Below, one piece after another: positions 40,750 through 54,400 of a stretch of DNA of 64,000 bases. The position numbers were made by a program, and so were the translations under genes. The stretch covers positions 1,734,187 to 1,798,186 of the forward strand of contig JAWQFM010000010.1 of the NCBI GenBank assembly GCA_033442325.1. Reading direction: 5' to 3'. The notes beneath the pieces are model-generated. The model was given only the letters and a program-made list of their open reading frames with translations. It had not been told where the DNA came from and made no database searches. Source of the stretch: Salpingoeca rosetta. Lineage: Eukaryota > Protista > Choanoflagellata. Position 1 is the first letter of the stretch, and each line of letters opens with the position of its first letter.

Positions 40750-42034
40750 GCATACACAGACATAGGCGTACGTGGTTCTCTGGCGGGTACTGCTTGGCCA
40801 TTGCCGCGGATACGGAGGAGGAGAACAGTGACTGAAGGCGGCCCTCCAGCGGAAGAAGCTGCATTGTACCCGTGTTGAGCAAGTGCAGCAGGCAGACAGA
40901 GAGGGTGGTGCACCGCGCACAGTGTGAGCCACGCGGTGGTGTTGAGATCAGGGGAGCAAGTGGTAATTGTTGCGGGTAGAGTGTGCGTAATGGGCTGATG
41001 GGTGACGCACCGTGAACGTGTCCAGGTCTGCATGTGACGCCTGGGCAGCCTCCTGCAGCGCCGTCTCATAAGCATTCACCATGGGCTGCGTGTTGGCATC
41101 GCACCACATTGCTTGTGAGGGCAGTGATTGGGGCAACTGAACCTTCGCACACACATGCACTCCTGCACGCGTGTTACCAAGGCGCACGCACAGACACAGA
41201 CACAGACACAGACAGACACACACACACACACAGACAGACAGACAGACACACCTTGCTGATCTCACGGAAGAAGATGAGGACTGCTGTGATGGCAGCTGGG
41301 TTTGCAGGAGGCAGAGCGACGGGCGACCCTGCAACACTTGTTCCCTTGACATGTGGGAACAACGGTGCCTCGGCCGCCTGTATCAGGCACAAGGAGTGAG
41401 ACGAAGATAGAGCAACGGGCACACGGAGACAGAAAGCGAGAAAGGAGAGAGACAGAGTGACGGAGAGTTATAGAGACAGAGACATAGAGACAGAGAGATA
41501 GAGAGACAGAGACAGAGACACCCCCCCAAAACACACGCTTGTACACATACCATGGCGAGCGTTGTTGGGGCCTCGTGCCGTTTGCCGCGGTTCTGCTTGA
41601 ACTCCTGCAGAGGGCTGATGGTCTTGAACTGGCTGATGATCGCCTGTCGCTTCTCCATGTTCTGGTGGGGCGGGGGGAAGAGATGGTTCGGGGTACGATG
41701 CGTGCAGAAGGGGTTGGACAATCAGCGACAAGGGAGGCACAGACAGGCGGGCAGTGAGACACACACACACACACACACACACAAACAGAGGTACAGACAG
41801 ACAGACACACAGACACAGACACACACAGACACACAGACACAGACAGACACAGACACACAGACACACAGACACACACACACACAGACAGACACACAGACAG
41901 ACACACACAGACACTCAGACACGCACACACACAGACACACAGACACACAGACACACAGACACAGACAGACACAGACAGACACACACACACAGACACAGAC
42001 ACAGACACAGACACAGACACAGACACAGACACAG

Positions 42035-42090
<56 letters not shown>

Positions 42091-42528
42091 TGCGCTTTCG
42101 CTCTTGCAGGGCCTCCTCGCCACCGAAGAAGCGATGCCACCAGCTCATGGTGCGCACAGTGGCCGTGGTCCGCACCATCATCGCGTGCGACACCCTGTGC
42201 ACAGCCAGTGCCTGCTTTCCCCAAATCATCCTCCCCTTGTGTGCGTTTGCTGTGTGTGGTTATGGGATGGTCCTTCCTGCCTTTCTTGGCCTTCTCTCAC
42301 TCGTCAACTATGATGATGGCGACGGCGGCTGCTGTGGTGCTGTTCGTGTGTACGTGGTGTAATGTAACAGTGCGTCCTAAGAGGCATGCAGGGCGGTCGT
42401 ACAGGCGAAAGGGGGAAAAGGGGGATCGTTGGTGTCTGAGTACCACATACGGAGCGAGCCCATGGAGCACGGAGTACACACCCACAGAGAAGCAAAGAAG
42501 CAACACAGCGTGCGGGTTGTTGCGGCAT
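40008..42528 (-). CDS. ATP10: Mitochondrial ATP synthase assembly factor ATP10-like
   Basis: Spliced product ...[20 protein letters not shown]|[12 protein letters not shown]...[11 protein letters not shown]|PMVNAY...|[18 protein letters not shown]|[21 protein letters not shown]|[10 protein letters not shown]. The hydrophobic-D-x-x-G-R-I-R-W-x-x-x-G motif is typical of Atp10. The start is uncertain (42528 or about 42181); the N-terminus is Arg/Thr-rich like a presequence. Confidence 0.75.
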
Positions 42529-42662
42529 GCGCACAGCGACAAGGACCTTGAACACAGGGGGCGCAGAAGCACAGATAGAGCTAGAGATATACGTGGGCGT
42601 GGGGGGAGGAAGGAAAGAAGCAAGACAGAAGCACAAGGCACACACCACGAGCATGTGCAGAC

Positions 42663-42709
<47 letters not shown>

Positions 42710-42730
42710 CACACACACACACACACACAC

Positions 42731-42768
<38 letters not shown>

Positions 42769-42791
42769 TACAGACACAGACAGACACGCCC

Positions 42792-43697
42792 TCAGATGGA
42801 TCTGTAGTGCTGGCCAGATGATGAGTCGCCGGCGCTGAGGAGCGCTTGCTTGAGGCCGAGGTTGAAGTTGCGGTGCACCTTGACGGCTAGTGCAACAACA
42901 ACGGCACGCAACAGGATGGCGACACAGCCCAGGAAGATGACCGGGTTGGTGGTATCCTTGTGCTTGTAGTGGTCCCAGTTGTTGGCAAACTCGACAAACT
43001 TGTACACGATGAAGGTGGGCTCCAGCGTGGAGAGGGCATAGAAGACGACCATGAACACGGTGTTCTCGCGGCGAGCGCCCGCGGTGCCGACCACAATCCA
43101 CGCCAGCGAGATGACCAGCCCGGAGATGGCCAGGCCAAGCTGGGGCTCCGTGAGCGTGTGCGAGAACGCGGCCAGCACCACCAGGGTGATGGCCACCATA
43201 AAGTCCAGGTCCAAGAAGGAGCGGAAGCGCGACAGCCAGTGGAACGCTTGCATGCGCTCCTCGTCGCAGCCGGCGATGTGCCACGCCAGCCAATCCATGT
43301 CCGTGAGGATGAAGTACGAGCCCACAAAGTCGATGGGGAGGCACACGCCCGAGATGATGAGGCGCGCCAGCAGCTCGTCTTTGCTCTCCCCAACATCCTC
43401 GTCGTCCCTGCCGCGCAGATACCTGTACAGGGCGTAGGCGAAGACGAGGACCGCGGCCACCAGGAAGAAGATGATGCGCCACTTCTGCTCGAAGAAGATG
43501 CCGTTGGCCACAAAGTACCACATGGCCACGGAGGTGAGCAGCAAGGAGATGGCGTACGCCAACGTGGCATTGCCGCTCGCCTTATCGTGCTGGTCAATCA
43601 CCGCCGCCGTGATGCCGATGATGGCAAGGATCTGCAGTGACACAAACGTGAAGAACAGCCATCGCTTTCGGTCCGGCCAGGACACCACAAGGCTCAT
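42792..43697 (-). CDS. Intronless multi-pass membrane protein (about 7-8 TM), UPF0658/DUF7789-like
   Basis: 301-aa ORF from MSLVVSW with repeated hydrophobic helices. Motifs WHIAGCD...FLDLDF, GARRENTVFM, FIVYK and RNFNLGLK resemble that family as I recall it. Confidence 0.75.
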   Translation of the reverse strand: MSLVVSWPDRKRWLFFTFVSLQILAIIGITAAVIDQHDKASGNATLAYAISLLLTSVAMWYFVANGIFFEQKWRIIFFLVAAVLVFAYALYRYLRGRDDEDVGESKDELLARLIISGVCLPIDFVGSYFILTDMDWLAWHIAGCDEERMQAFHWLSRFRSFLDLDFMVAITLVVLAAFSHTLTEPQLGLAISGLVISLAWIVVGTAGARRENTVFMVVFYALSTLEPTFIVYKFVEFANNWDHYKHKDTTNPVIFLGCVAILLRAVVVALAVKVHRNFNLGLKQALLSAGDSSSGQHYRSI

Positions 43698-44055
43698 CGC
43701 GACCAGGCAGGCAGCCAAGCTGAGGTTGCAAGGTTGAGGTGTTGTGGTGTGGTGGTGTTTCGCGTTGGTGGTTGGTGCTTCTTGCTGGATTGATGAATCA
43801 TCATGGCACATCACTTCTCCCACGTGCTGTTTGCTCCATGCACGCTTTCATTCATTTCATTCATTGATACATGCGTTCATCAGCATCGGACAGTCGGTGT
43901 GCACGCACGCACGCACGCAGCATGGCATGGCATGGTAGTGGTGGAGGTGCAGGAAGAAGACATATGCGGCAAGCAACACAGCGAAGAAAGAAGAGAGGGT
44001 AAGGGCAACACAGCAACAGCACAAGCACAAGCACAGGTGGCATGACAGGATTGAA

Positions 44056-44718
44056 TCATTTTGTCTTCTTGGAGGTGCCAGGTCCCTGAAATGTGTGTTG
44101 GGAGCACACAAGATGCACACATGGCGTTGGTTGGAGATGGAGGTGGGGGGGGGCGAAGGATTCAAACAGGGCTTGATGGGCAGCACAATCGTTCCACGCC
44201 CAAATGAGGGGAGAAACACACAGGCACAGACAGACACGAACGTAGACAGATGGGAGCCGACAAGACAGATGGGGAACACACAGCCACAGACACAGACAGA
44301 CAGACAGACAGCCAGCCACACACATACACACACAGACACAGACAGACAGACAGACAGACACACACACATACACGCACACACACACACACACACCTTGCGT
44401 GCGGTGTGGTCCATGATGAGGCCGAAGATTTTGCCAATGGGAACGAGCAGCGGGATAACAAGCAGCTCCAACATGGAGTTCTCCCGCGGCGCAACGCCCA
44501 CGGTCCCCTAATGACAACCCCACACCCACACACCCACACGCATACACACACGCATACACACGCGCACATGAGACAAGGGCAGATAGCTGCACGTTCCGAC
44601 ACACTCGCATACACACGCACACGCAGGTGCAGGTGGAAGCATCGGACTTACGATGCGGGCGAGCTCGGTCATGAGCTCGTTGGTGATGGAGTAGCTGCCG
44701 TTGGCCAGGCCTGAGGTG

Positions 44719-44761
<43 letters not shown>

Positions 44762-47279
44762 TGTGTGTGTGTGTGTGTGCAGGGCAGACGAGCAGACAGC
44801 ATGGGGACGGGAAACCCGTGGCGGCTCATGGCTGACCTGTCATGAGGTGTTCAGCTGCAACATCTGCGGTGATTAGGCTTGCCTGGCCCTCAATCTCCTA
44901 CATGCAGGTGCATGTGGAAGGAAGTGTGACACAGCGAACAATACCCGGCATCGCCAGCAACAAACACAAACAGACAAACAGCACCAGACAGACAAACAGA
45001 CAGAGGCAGACAGACGCGCGCACACAAACACAAACAGACAAACAGCACCAGACAGACAAACAGACAGACACACACACACACAGAGGCAGACACACACACA
45101 TACACACACAGACAGACAAATCAACATCCGCGCTGGCAAGGCTGACCTGTGTCTCAACGGGCTTTGTGCGCGTTTCCTCCTCGAAACCAGGCGTGTCCAT
45201 GTTGGAGGGATAGTACCCAACAACGCGAATGTTGTATGGCTGTGGCCACACTCGACAAGGTAGATGGGAGGGGGAGAAGGCACGCAATTGGGTGGGTGTG
45301 AGAATGCAGCAAGAAAGACGGGCAGAAAGGTTGACAACAGAACGCATACAGGCGAACAACTGCCTGACACAGACACACACACACACACAGACACAGACAC
45401 CGACACAGACACAGACACACCGACACAGACACCGACACCGACAAACACACAGACACAGACACGACACAGGCAGACACGCAGACCAGGAGTTCGTTGCGGA
45501 GGCAGTCGGTGAGGCCACGAAGGGCGTACTTGGAAGGAGCGTACTGGGAGTAGCCAACCATGCCTGCAAACACGACAGCCGAGCTGACAAACACCACCGT
45601 ACCGCCACCGCTCTTCTTCATGCTCGGCACTGCTGCCTACGTGGATCAGGGAGGCAAGGAGAAGGGGGGGGGGGAGGAGACAAGGCACACAGTATAGCAC
45701 TCGTGTTATGTGAGGAAAGCACAGTGCTCGCCAAAAGCGAGGCGAAAAGAGGGGCGAAATGAGAGGCGATGAGAGGTGAAAAGAGAGAGGTACACCACAC
45801 CCACCCACCCACACAGATACACAGACACACACACACAGACACACACACACACACAGACACACACACACAGACACGCACACATACAGACACATACACACCG
45901 CACCTTTGCTGCGTGAAGGCAGCCAAAGTAGTTGAGGTCCATCTGCTGGCGGTAAACGCTGGTGGGTGTCTCCAGGAAGTAGCCCGGCTTGGCGAGGCCA
46001 GCAGAGCAGATGAGGTACTTGACGGGGCTTGGCGGTGTGATGCGGCGGTGCAGCGTGCATACATCCGTGCAACCATGAGAGGAACAAAACGCAATGAGAA
46101 ACAAACGAGCACGCACAAGGGCACAGACATGAGCGCAGGAAAGGGAGGTCGGCAGTCGTCAAACCAACGTACCCAAACTGCTCGTCCGCTTGTTGCACGG
46201 CCTCGTTCATTTGCTTCTCGTTTGTCACATCACAGGGAAACCCTTGTGCCTGCGATGTGAGTGAGAGTATGTGAGTGAGTATGTGAATGAGTTTGTGAGT
46301 GAGTGAGTGAGAGTATGTGAGTGAGTATGTGCGTGAGTGAGTGAGTGAGTGAGTGAGTGAGTGAGTGAGTGAGTGAGTGAGTGAATGGTGACAGCAGACA
46401 CGTGTGCGCGTGTGAGGAACAGTCAGGGAACGATAATCAACACAGGCGAAAACTGATGGCGCAGTGACACTGTAGCACCTTGGCGGATGGCACGGCGTCA
46501 CGGATCGCCTTCAGTCCCGTATCCACGTTCTTCTGTGATCTGGACACGATTGTCACGCGTGCACCACGCTTCAAGGTGCGCCAGCATGTCGTGGCATGTG
46601 TGTGTGTGTGTGTGTCAGCGGGTGAGCAACTGGCCTGAACACTGAATCTGGTTGGCATTTTGTTGAATGTCATTGGTATTGGTTGTTGTCTCTCTGGTTC
46701 GCTTTTCCAAGCATGTGCCACGCGTGAGATAGGAGTTGAACATGTGCAAGACAAGGCTCTTCAATGGGAGATTTGGGGGAACACAATAACCTGGTTGCTC
46801 GGTATACCTTGGCAAACTTGATGGCGATGCCCAACCCCAGGCCCGTGGTTCCTCCCGTGATGAACACGTGCTTGTCTTTTGCGTCGATCCCTGGCGCCGT
46901 GATCTTGTTCCACAGCCAATTCACCTGAACAGGCGGCGGCGAGTGAGTGAGTGAGTGAGTGAGTGAGTGAGTGAGTGAGTGAGTGAGTGAGTGAGTGAGT
47001 GAGTGAGTGAGTGAGTGAGTGAGTGAGTGAGTGAGTGAGTGAGTGAGTGAGTGAGTGAGTGAGTGAGTGAGTGAGTGAGTGAGTGAGTGAGTGAGTGAGT
47101 GAGTGAGTGAGTGAGTGAGTGAGTGAGTGAGTGAGTGAGTGAGTGAGTGAATGAAAGGGTGGAATGAATCTTGTTGTCCAGCAGACACACACACACACAC
47201 ACATATGCACGCTCACCACGACAAGGACAGCAGCGCCCACTGCAGCCAGTGTCCAGCAGCAGCCACCGCAGCCAAACAT
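44056..47279 (-). CDS. KDSR: 3-ketodihydrosphingosine reductase (FVT1/TSC10)
   Basis: N-terminal TM, HVFITGGTTGLG, LICSAGLAKPGYF, QMDLNYFG, YSQYAPSKYALRGL (YxxxK), MDTPGFEEETRTKP, C-terminal hydrophobic segment, and terminal KKTK* (KKxx ER retrieval signal). Confidence 0.93.
46941..47150. repeat. (GAGT)n, about 52 units; reads (ACTC)n on the KDSR sense strand
   Basis: Perfect tetranucleotide array ending about 15 nt before the exon 2 acceptor. Confidence 0.97.
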
Positions 47280-48147
47280 CTTGCACGCTGTGGTTTATCC
47301 CGGTTTGCCCACTGTGGTAAAAAAAAAGTAAATTGAAATGCACGGAATGATGCATTTGGATAAAAAAATGTGGCATGCACCACCCCACAGCAGGAAACCA
47401 GGCAAACACACACACAACCAAACAAAACCTCGCCCGCCTGCTGCGTCTGCTCTGCTTTGCTTGCAGGCATCATCCCAACACCAATCAAACAACACAACAC
47501 ACACAACAGCGGCAAACAACACAACAACAAGCAAGAAGCAAGCAACAAGGAGGCAGCGCTGCGTCTCTGCTCAACCAACACACACACACACACACCACAA
47601 CACGACCTTGGCTTTGTTGTTGTGTTCCTTGGTGCAGTACCCGGCACTTCAGCAAGCTGCAAAAGTGCAAAGGCACTTGTTTGGCCTGCTTTGGTTGCTT
47701 TGGGTGCTCGCAAGCTGTCCAAGTGCGCGACAAGGCCCTTTCTGATCAGAGCAACACACACACACAGGCCTCAACAACACTCGCACAGGCAGTTGTTTGT
47801 GTTGCTGGCGTATCCTCTCTTTGCATCCAGCATCTTTTCACCACCGCTTCCAACCTTGCAGCCTTTCAGACAACCCTCTCTTTTATATTCTTGGCACTCC
47901 TTTCCCATCTGATTGCCGTCTTCGCTCTTTTCCCGGCTGCGGCGAAGAGTGCTCCTGGCACCCTCTTCTCGCCCCTTCTTGACCCCTGTGTGTGCACGAC
48001 CACGTGTAAACCAGCCACTGCAGCGACCTTCTTGTTTGTTGCAGCTCACAGCACACCATGGCGTGGCAAGCTCTTCGCTGCCGCTGCCAATCCCAGCGAC
48101 TCCGTCGCACCAACTCCAACTCCAACAACAACAACAACAACTGCGGC

Positions 48148-48399
48148 ATGCATGGCGCCACCACATCAGCAGTAGCCGCAGCCACGCGACAGCTTCGATC
48201 GCTGGCTGCTGTGCTTCTGCTGGTTCTTCTGACTTGCTGGGCTCCATTGTCCAGCGCCCAATGCGTGCCCCCAAGCGTTACCACCATCTCTCCACAGGTG
48301 CGTGCATGCGCGTGCGTGTGTGTGTATGTGTGTACGTGTGCGTGTGTGTGCGCGCGTTTGTTTGTGTGTGTGTGTATGTGTGTGTGTGTATGTGTGTGT

Positions 48400-48448
<49 letters not shown>

Positions 48449-51400
48449 TGCTCGTCGAGAATCGCATGTCAACACACTCTTCCTGTGGAAACCCACCATG
48501 CCCATGCTGCCTTGCGGCATTGACCAGCTCTGTCGCCTCGTCAAACACGCCACACACACGCCACACACGCCACACACACAGACACAGACACAGACACACT
48601 CACTCTCTCACACTCTCACACTCTCACACTCTCACTCTCTCACTCTCTCACACACACTCTCACACTCTCACACTCACACACACTCACATGCCCCACTCGC
48701 CACAACACACAAACCAACTTGAATAACACAGGACGGTGTGCTTGGTACTTATGTTACCATTACTGGCTGTGGATTGGGCAGCACAACGCTTGTGTCGCTC
48801 GCCCCTTCTGACCCCATGGCCTCCACTTACGACGCAAACGATGGTGCGCATATGTGTGTGTGTGTGTGGTTGTTGGTTGTGCGCATACATGAGCGCGCGC
48901 GTGTGTGTGTGCACGCATCAATGATGAACGCACTAGGACTGCCCCCGCTTTGTGAGCGTGTGTCTGCGGCCGCTGTTTCAAGCGCAACCGACACTCCAAC
49001 ACAACCGACACACCAACGCACTGAAAGCCGCATTTCCTTCCTCTGTCAGCTCACCCCTCTTCCTTTATTCCCCCTCCTCTCACTTCACGCTCTCCCCCTC
49101 TCATTTCCGTTTGTAGGTGGCGTGCACGCGGTAGTAAGCGCCGCAGCCACTGAGGTTGTGGTGCGCTCGTCTGGTGAAGACGTGCCGACATGCGGTGATG
49201 TGGTCCTCTTCTCAGACGCATCCACCGTCATCACGCGCTTCTCAAACGACACCCACAAGAGCAACCTCAACCCCTTTGAGGTGGGCGCCTACTGCTACAA
49301 CCCAGACAACCTGGAGATTTCAACGGTGTCCCCCACCATGGGCCAGGAAGGCACGGCCATCACCATCACGGGCCGCTTCCCTCCCCGCCATGGTGTTGCG
49401 TCAGCGCTGACAACAGCGCTCGTCGCGGGCAACAACGCCACCGTCGAGTCGTCGGGGTCCTTCTCCGCCATCATTCGCCTCGGCGCCGGTATGGAAGGGG
49501 ACACCGGGCCCGTGCGGGTCATGGCAGAGACGGGCGCCTTCGCCGTGTCAACTGTCAACGTCACGTATGTTGCCCCGGGCAACATCACAAACGTGACACC
49601 CACAGCCGGCCAGCACGGCACCCGCATCACCATCACGGGCACGGGCTTCTTTGGCCTCACAGGCACCGCCGTCACCGCCGTCCTCGTCGACAGCGTTCCC
49701 GCCATCGAAATCGTCATGCAGAACGACACGTACGTGGTGGCCCGCCTCGGCGCCGGCTCCGCAAACGCTGCGGCCGTCGTGCGCGTCGAGTCCGACGACG
49801 GGTCGTACACCCTGTACGGCGACACCTTTGAGAAGCTGGCGGACGGAACGGTTGCAGCCATCACCCCGGCAGCGGCCCAGCCCACCCGGACCATCTCCAT
49901 CACGGGCACCAACCTCATGGGCGACGGCACCACGTTCGTGTCCCACTTCCTCGGCACACACAACGTCACTGCCAACGTCGTGGGCACGCCAACGAACAGC
50001 CTCGTCGTCATCCAGGTCCCGGACGGCGTTGGCTTTGCCCAATACACGGCAACCTCGGAGACGGGCAGCATCGTGCAGTCTGGCGCACAGGGGTTTGCCT
50101 TTGCCAACATCACCAGCATCACACCAAGCCAGGGGCAGGCGGGCACGCGCATCACCCTGGCTGGGTTTGGCATGACCTCCGGCGCAATGTCTGCCAGCTC
50201 CGTCCTCCTCGGTACGGCCGCCGCCACCGTCGTCTCCAGTTCGGCAACCCAGATTGTCGCCACCGTGGGCTCCGCGTCGGCCGGCACCGTATTCCCCACC
50301 GTTGTCGGCACCAACGGCTACAACGTCTCCTCCACCGCCGTCAACTTCACCTACCTGCCGCCGCAGCAAATCAACGCCGTCACCCCCTACTTTGGCCAGC
50401 ACGGCACCCGCGTCAACATCTCGGGCGTCAACCTCCTTGGCGGCGGCAGCACCGTCGTCCAGGTCATGCTTGATGGCATCAACGCAACCATCGAGTCGCA
50501 GTCAGACACGGAGATTATCGTGCGCGCCGGCGTCAACGATCCCGGCGAGGGCGACGTCGTCGTGATCACCGACACGGGCGCGCGGGTCACCCGCACCGAC
50601 GGCTTCCTCTACATCTTCCCGGGCAGCATCACCACCATCAGCCCGTCCAGTGGCCAGGTCGGCACGCACGTCACGCTCTCGGGTACCTCCCTCATCGGCG
50701 GCGGCACGCAGCTGGCGTCTGCCACCGTTGCCGGCGTCGCAGCATCCATCCTCTCGGCCACGGACATCCAAGTCGTCGTGCAGCTTGCAGAGGGTGCCGC
50801 GACCATGGGCACCGTGCGCCTGACCGCCGACACGGGCGCCATCGTCTCCTCTGCGGGCATGTTCACGTACATTGAGCCTGGCAACATCACCGCCGTCTCC
50901 CCTGCACAGGGCGTGCTTGGCACGACGGTCACCATCACGGGCACCAACCTGCTCGGCGGCGCGATGACCCTCTCCAGCGTCACCATCGGCAACGTCTCTG
51001 CCACTGTCACCTCAGCCACAAACACGCAGGTGGTGGTGCAGGCTGGGCACAAGGCCGCTTCCATGGCACCCGAGGACATTGTTATCACCGCCAGCACGGG
51101 CGCGCGCATCAACGGCACCGCGCTCTTCACCTACCAGGAGCCCGGCGTCATCGCCCAGGTGCAGCCAAGCAGCGGCGCATTCGGTACGCGCATCACCATA
51201 ACGGGCACAAACCTGCGCACCAACGGCACGGCCGTCACCAACGTCACCCTCAACGGCGTGCAGGCCACAGTCGTGTCCGAGAACAGCACGCGCGTCGTTA
51301 TCACCGCAGGCTCTTTTGCCGGCGCGGGCGCGGGCGATGTCAAGGTATTCAGCAACCTCGGCACCTACGCCCTCCTCTCCAACGGCTTCACCTACGTCGG

Positions 51401-54400
51401 GCCGCCCCTCATCACAGACGTCAGCCCCGCAGTGGGCATCACCGGCAGCGAGGTCACCGTCACGGGCTCCTCGCTCCTCGCCGGCGGCACGCGCATCGTG
51501 CGCGCCACCCTGGCCAACGTCAACGCCTCGCAGATTCTGATTGGCAACCGCAACTTCATCGTCGTCCTGGTTGCTGGGCAGAACCCAAACCCGTCCGCCA
51601 ACACCACGGGCGACGTTGTGCTGTACACGGACACGGGCGCCGTTGTCACGCTGGCCGGCGCCTTCCGCTACCAGCCGGACGGCAACATCACCCGCGTCAC
51701 ACCGGCCATGGGCCAGGTCGGCACGCGCGTCACCATCCAGGGCACAGAGCTGCTGGGCAACCCGCCCTCGCAGCTGCAGTACGTGCTGCTCGGTGACATT
51801 CGCGCCACCATCGTGTCTGCCACCGACGCCGAGGTCATCGTGACGGCGGGCTCCTCTGTCGAGGCCGGCCCTGTCACCGTGCTCTTGCACACGGAGAGCG
51901 GCGCTGACATCACCCTCCCCTTTGGCTTCACGTACGTTGAGGAGGGTGCCATCTTCAGCATCACCCCGTCCAGCGGCCAGGTCGGCACCGTCGTCACTAT
52001 TCAGGGCAACAACCTCCTCTCCGGCGGCGCGGCCATCAGCACCGCGCTCTTCGGCTCCACGGCCGCCACGGTCCTCAACGCCACAAGCACGCGCGTCACC
52101 GTGCGCGTGCAGAACGCCACCGCCTCCATGGCGCAGAACGTGCGTCTCACTGCAGACACGGGCGGCTTTGTCCTGCGCGAGCGCATCTGGACCTACCTGC
52201 AGCCGGGCGTGGTCACGGCCGTCAACCCGCCCTATGGCCAGTTTGGCACCCGCGTCACCATCACCGGCGAGCGCCTGCTCTCTGGCGGCTCCTCCGTGCA
52301 GGCCGTGCGCTTTGGCAGCGTCAGCCACCACGCCATCGAGTCAGAGTCGCCCACGCAGATTGTCGTGCGTGTCGGCGACAACGAAGGCAACCTCACCGCC
52401 GGCAGCGACATCACCATTGTCGCAAACACGCAGGCCTCCCTCACCGCCCAGGATGTGTGGCAGTGGACCGCGCCCGGGAACATCTCCACCGTTCAGCCAA
52501 ACACGGGACAGTACGGCACACGCATCACCGTCACGGGCACAAACCTCTTTGGCAACGGCACCGCCCTGCAAGAGCTGCGCGTGGGCACCCTCAACGCCAC
52601 CGTCACCAACGCGACGTCCACCCGCGTCGTGGCATCCATCAACAACAACATGGCCACCACGGGCCCCGTCAACGTCATTCTCGAGTCAAACACGGGGGCG
52701 CTCGTTGTCCTTGGCCTCGGCTTCACCTACACCGCCGTGGGCGAGATCCTGAGCGTCTCCCCAGACAGCGGTGCGGCCGGCACCCTCGTCACCATCTCCG
52801 GCCAGCGCCTGCTTGGCGGCGCCGCGGACGTTGCCTCTGTCACCCTCGCCGACGTCTCCGCCACCGTGCTCTCTGCCAACGCCACCCAGGTCGTGGTCGA
52901 GGCAACGACAGCAGCGGCAGCCGGCGCCGGGGACGTGGTCATCACGGGCACGACTGGCGCCCTCGTCTCAAAGACGACGGGCTTCACCTACGTGGAGGCA
53001 CCCAACATCACTGACGTTACGCCCGCAGAGGGAACCTTTGCCACGCGCGTCACAGTCACGGGCACAAACCTCCTCGCCGGCGGCACCGCCTTTGTCACCG
53101 GCACCGTGGGCGGCATTCCCGCCATGCTCACCACCGCAGACAGCAACACGCAGATTGTGCTGGTCACCCCGAACGTCACCGCCCTCGGGGCTGCCCAGGT
53201 TGCCTTCACCACAGACACGGGTGCCGTGGTGCAGGCATCGAACCTGTTTACCTACCGTGCACGCGGCAGCGTCGCCAGCGTCACTCCCGTCTTTGGACAG
53301 GTCGGTACGCTGGTCACCATCACAGGCCCCAACCTGCGGTCGTACGGCGCCGCTGTCGATGCCGTCGCCTTCAATGGCACCGCCGCCACCATTTCCTCGC
53401 AGAACAACACCCACGTCATCGTGGCCGTGGGCGAGTCGTCCGTGGAGGGCCTCGTCAACGTGCGGCTCACGGCAGACACGGGCGCATACATTGACGCACT
53501 CAACGCGTTCACCTACGTCATGCAGGGGAACATCTCCCTTGTGTCGCCAAACTCTGGCCAGGTGCAGACGCGCGTCACCATCACGGGCACCCATCTCCTC
53601 GGCAACGGCACCAGCCTCGCCTCGGTCACGCTGGCCGGCGTGGCAGTCGATTCCATTGAGGTGCAAACCTCTTCCATGGTCGTCGTGCGTGCGGGCGCAC
53701 GTACAACCGCCATCACTGGCGACGTGGTCCTCACCGCAGACACCGGCGCCACCGTGACGCTTGAGAACGGGTTCTCCTACATCACCCCGGGCGCCATCAC
53801 GGGCATCAGCCCCGCGCAGGGTCAGCTCGGCACCCGCATCACCATCACAGGCACGGGCCTCTTTGGCGGCGGCTCTGCCGTGCAGAACGTCACGTTTGGC
53901 GGCGTGGACGCGCTCGCCATCCTGTCTGCGACAAACGCTTCTGTCGTTGCTCGTGCCCCTGTCATGAACGCCGGTGCCGTGGCCATCGCCATCATCTCGG
54001 ACACGGGCGCAACCACCACCTCAACTGCCGGCGCGTTCACGTTCGACGCACCTTCCGCCATCTCCAGCATCAGCCCAAGCTCCGGCACCGCGGGCACCCT
54101 GGTCACCGTGACGGGCACAAGCTTGTTTGGGGTGAGCAATGGCGCCAGCATCGTCGCGGGCCTTTTCGGAACCGCAAACGCCACCGTGCAGTCGTTCACA
54201 TCCACACAGGTGGTACTGGTGGCGCCACAATCCGCCGCGTCCAACGTCACCATCACCATTGATGCCGACAGCGGCGCGCGCACGGTGAGCACGGACATGT
54301 TTCGGTTCCTCGCCCCCGGCAACATCACCGACTTTGCTCCAAAGATGGGCGTGACCGGAACCCACGTCACCATCGTCGGCTCCAACTTGCTGGGCGGCGC

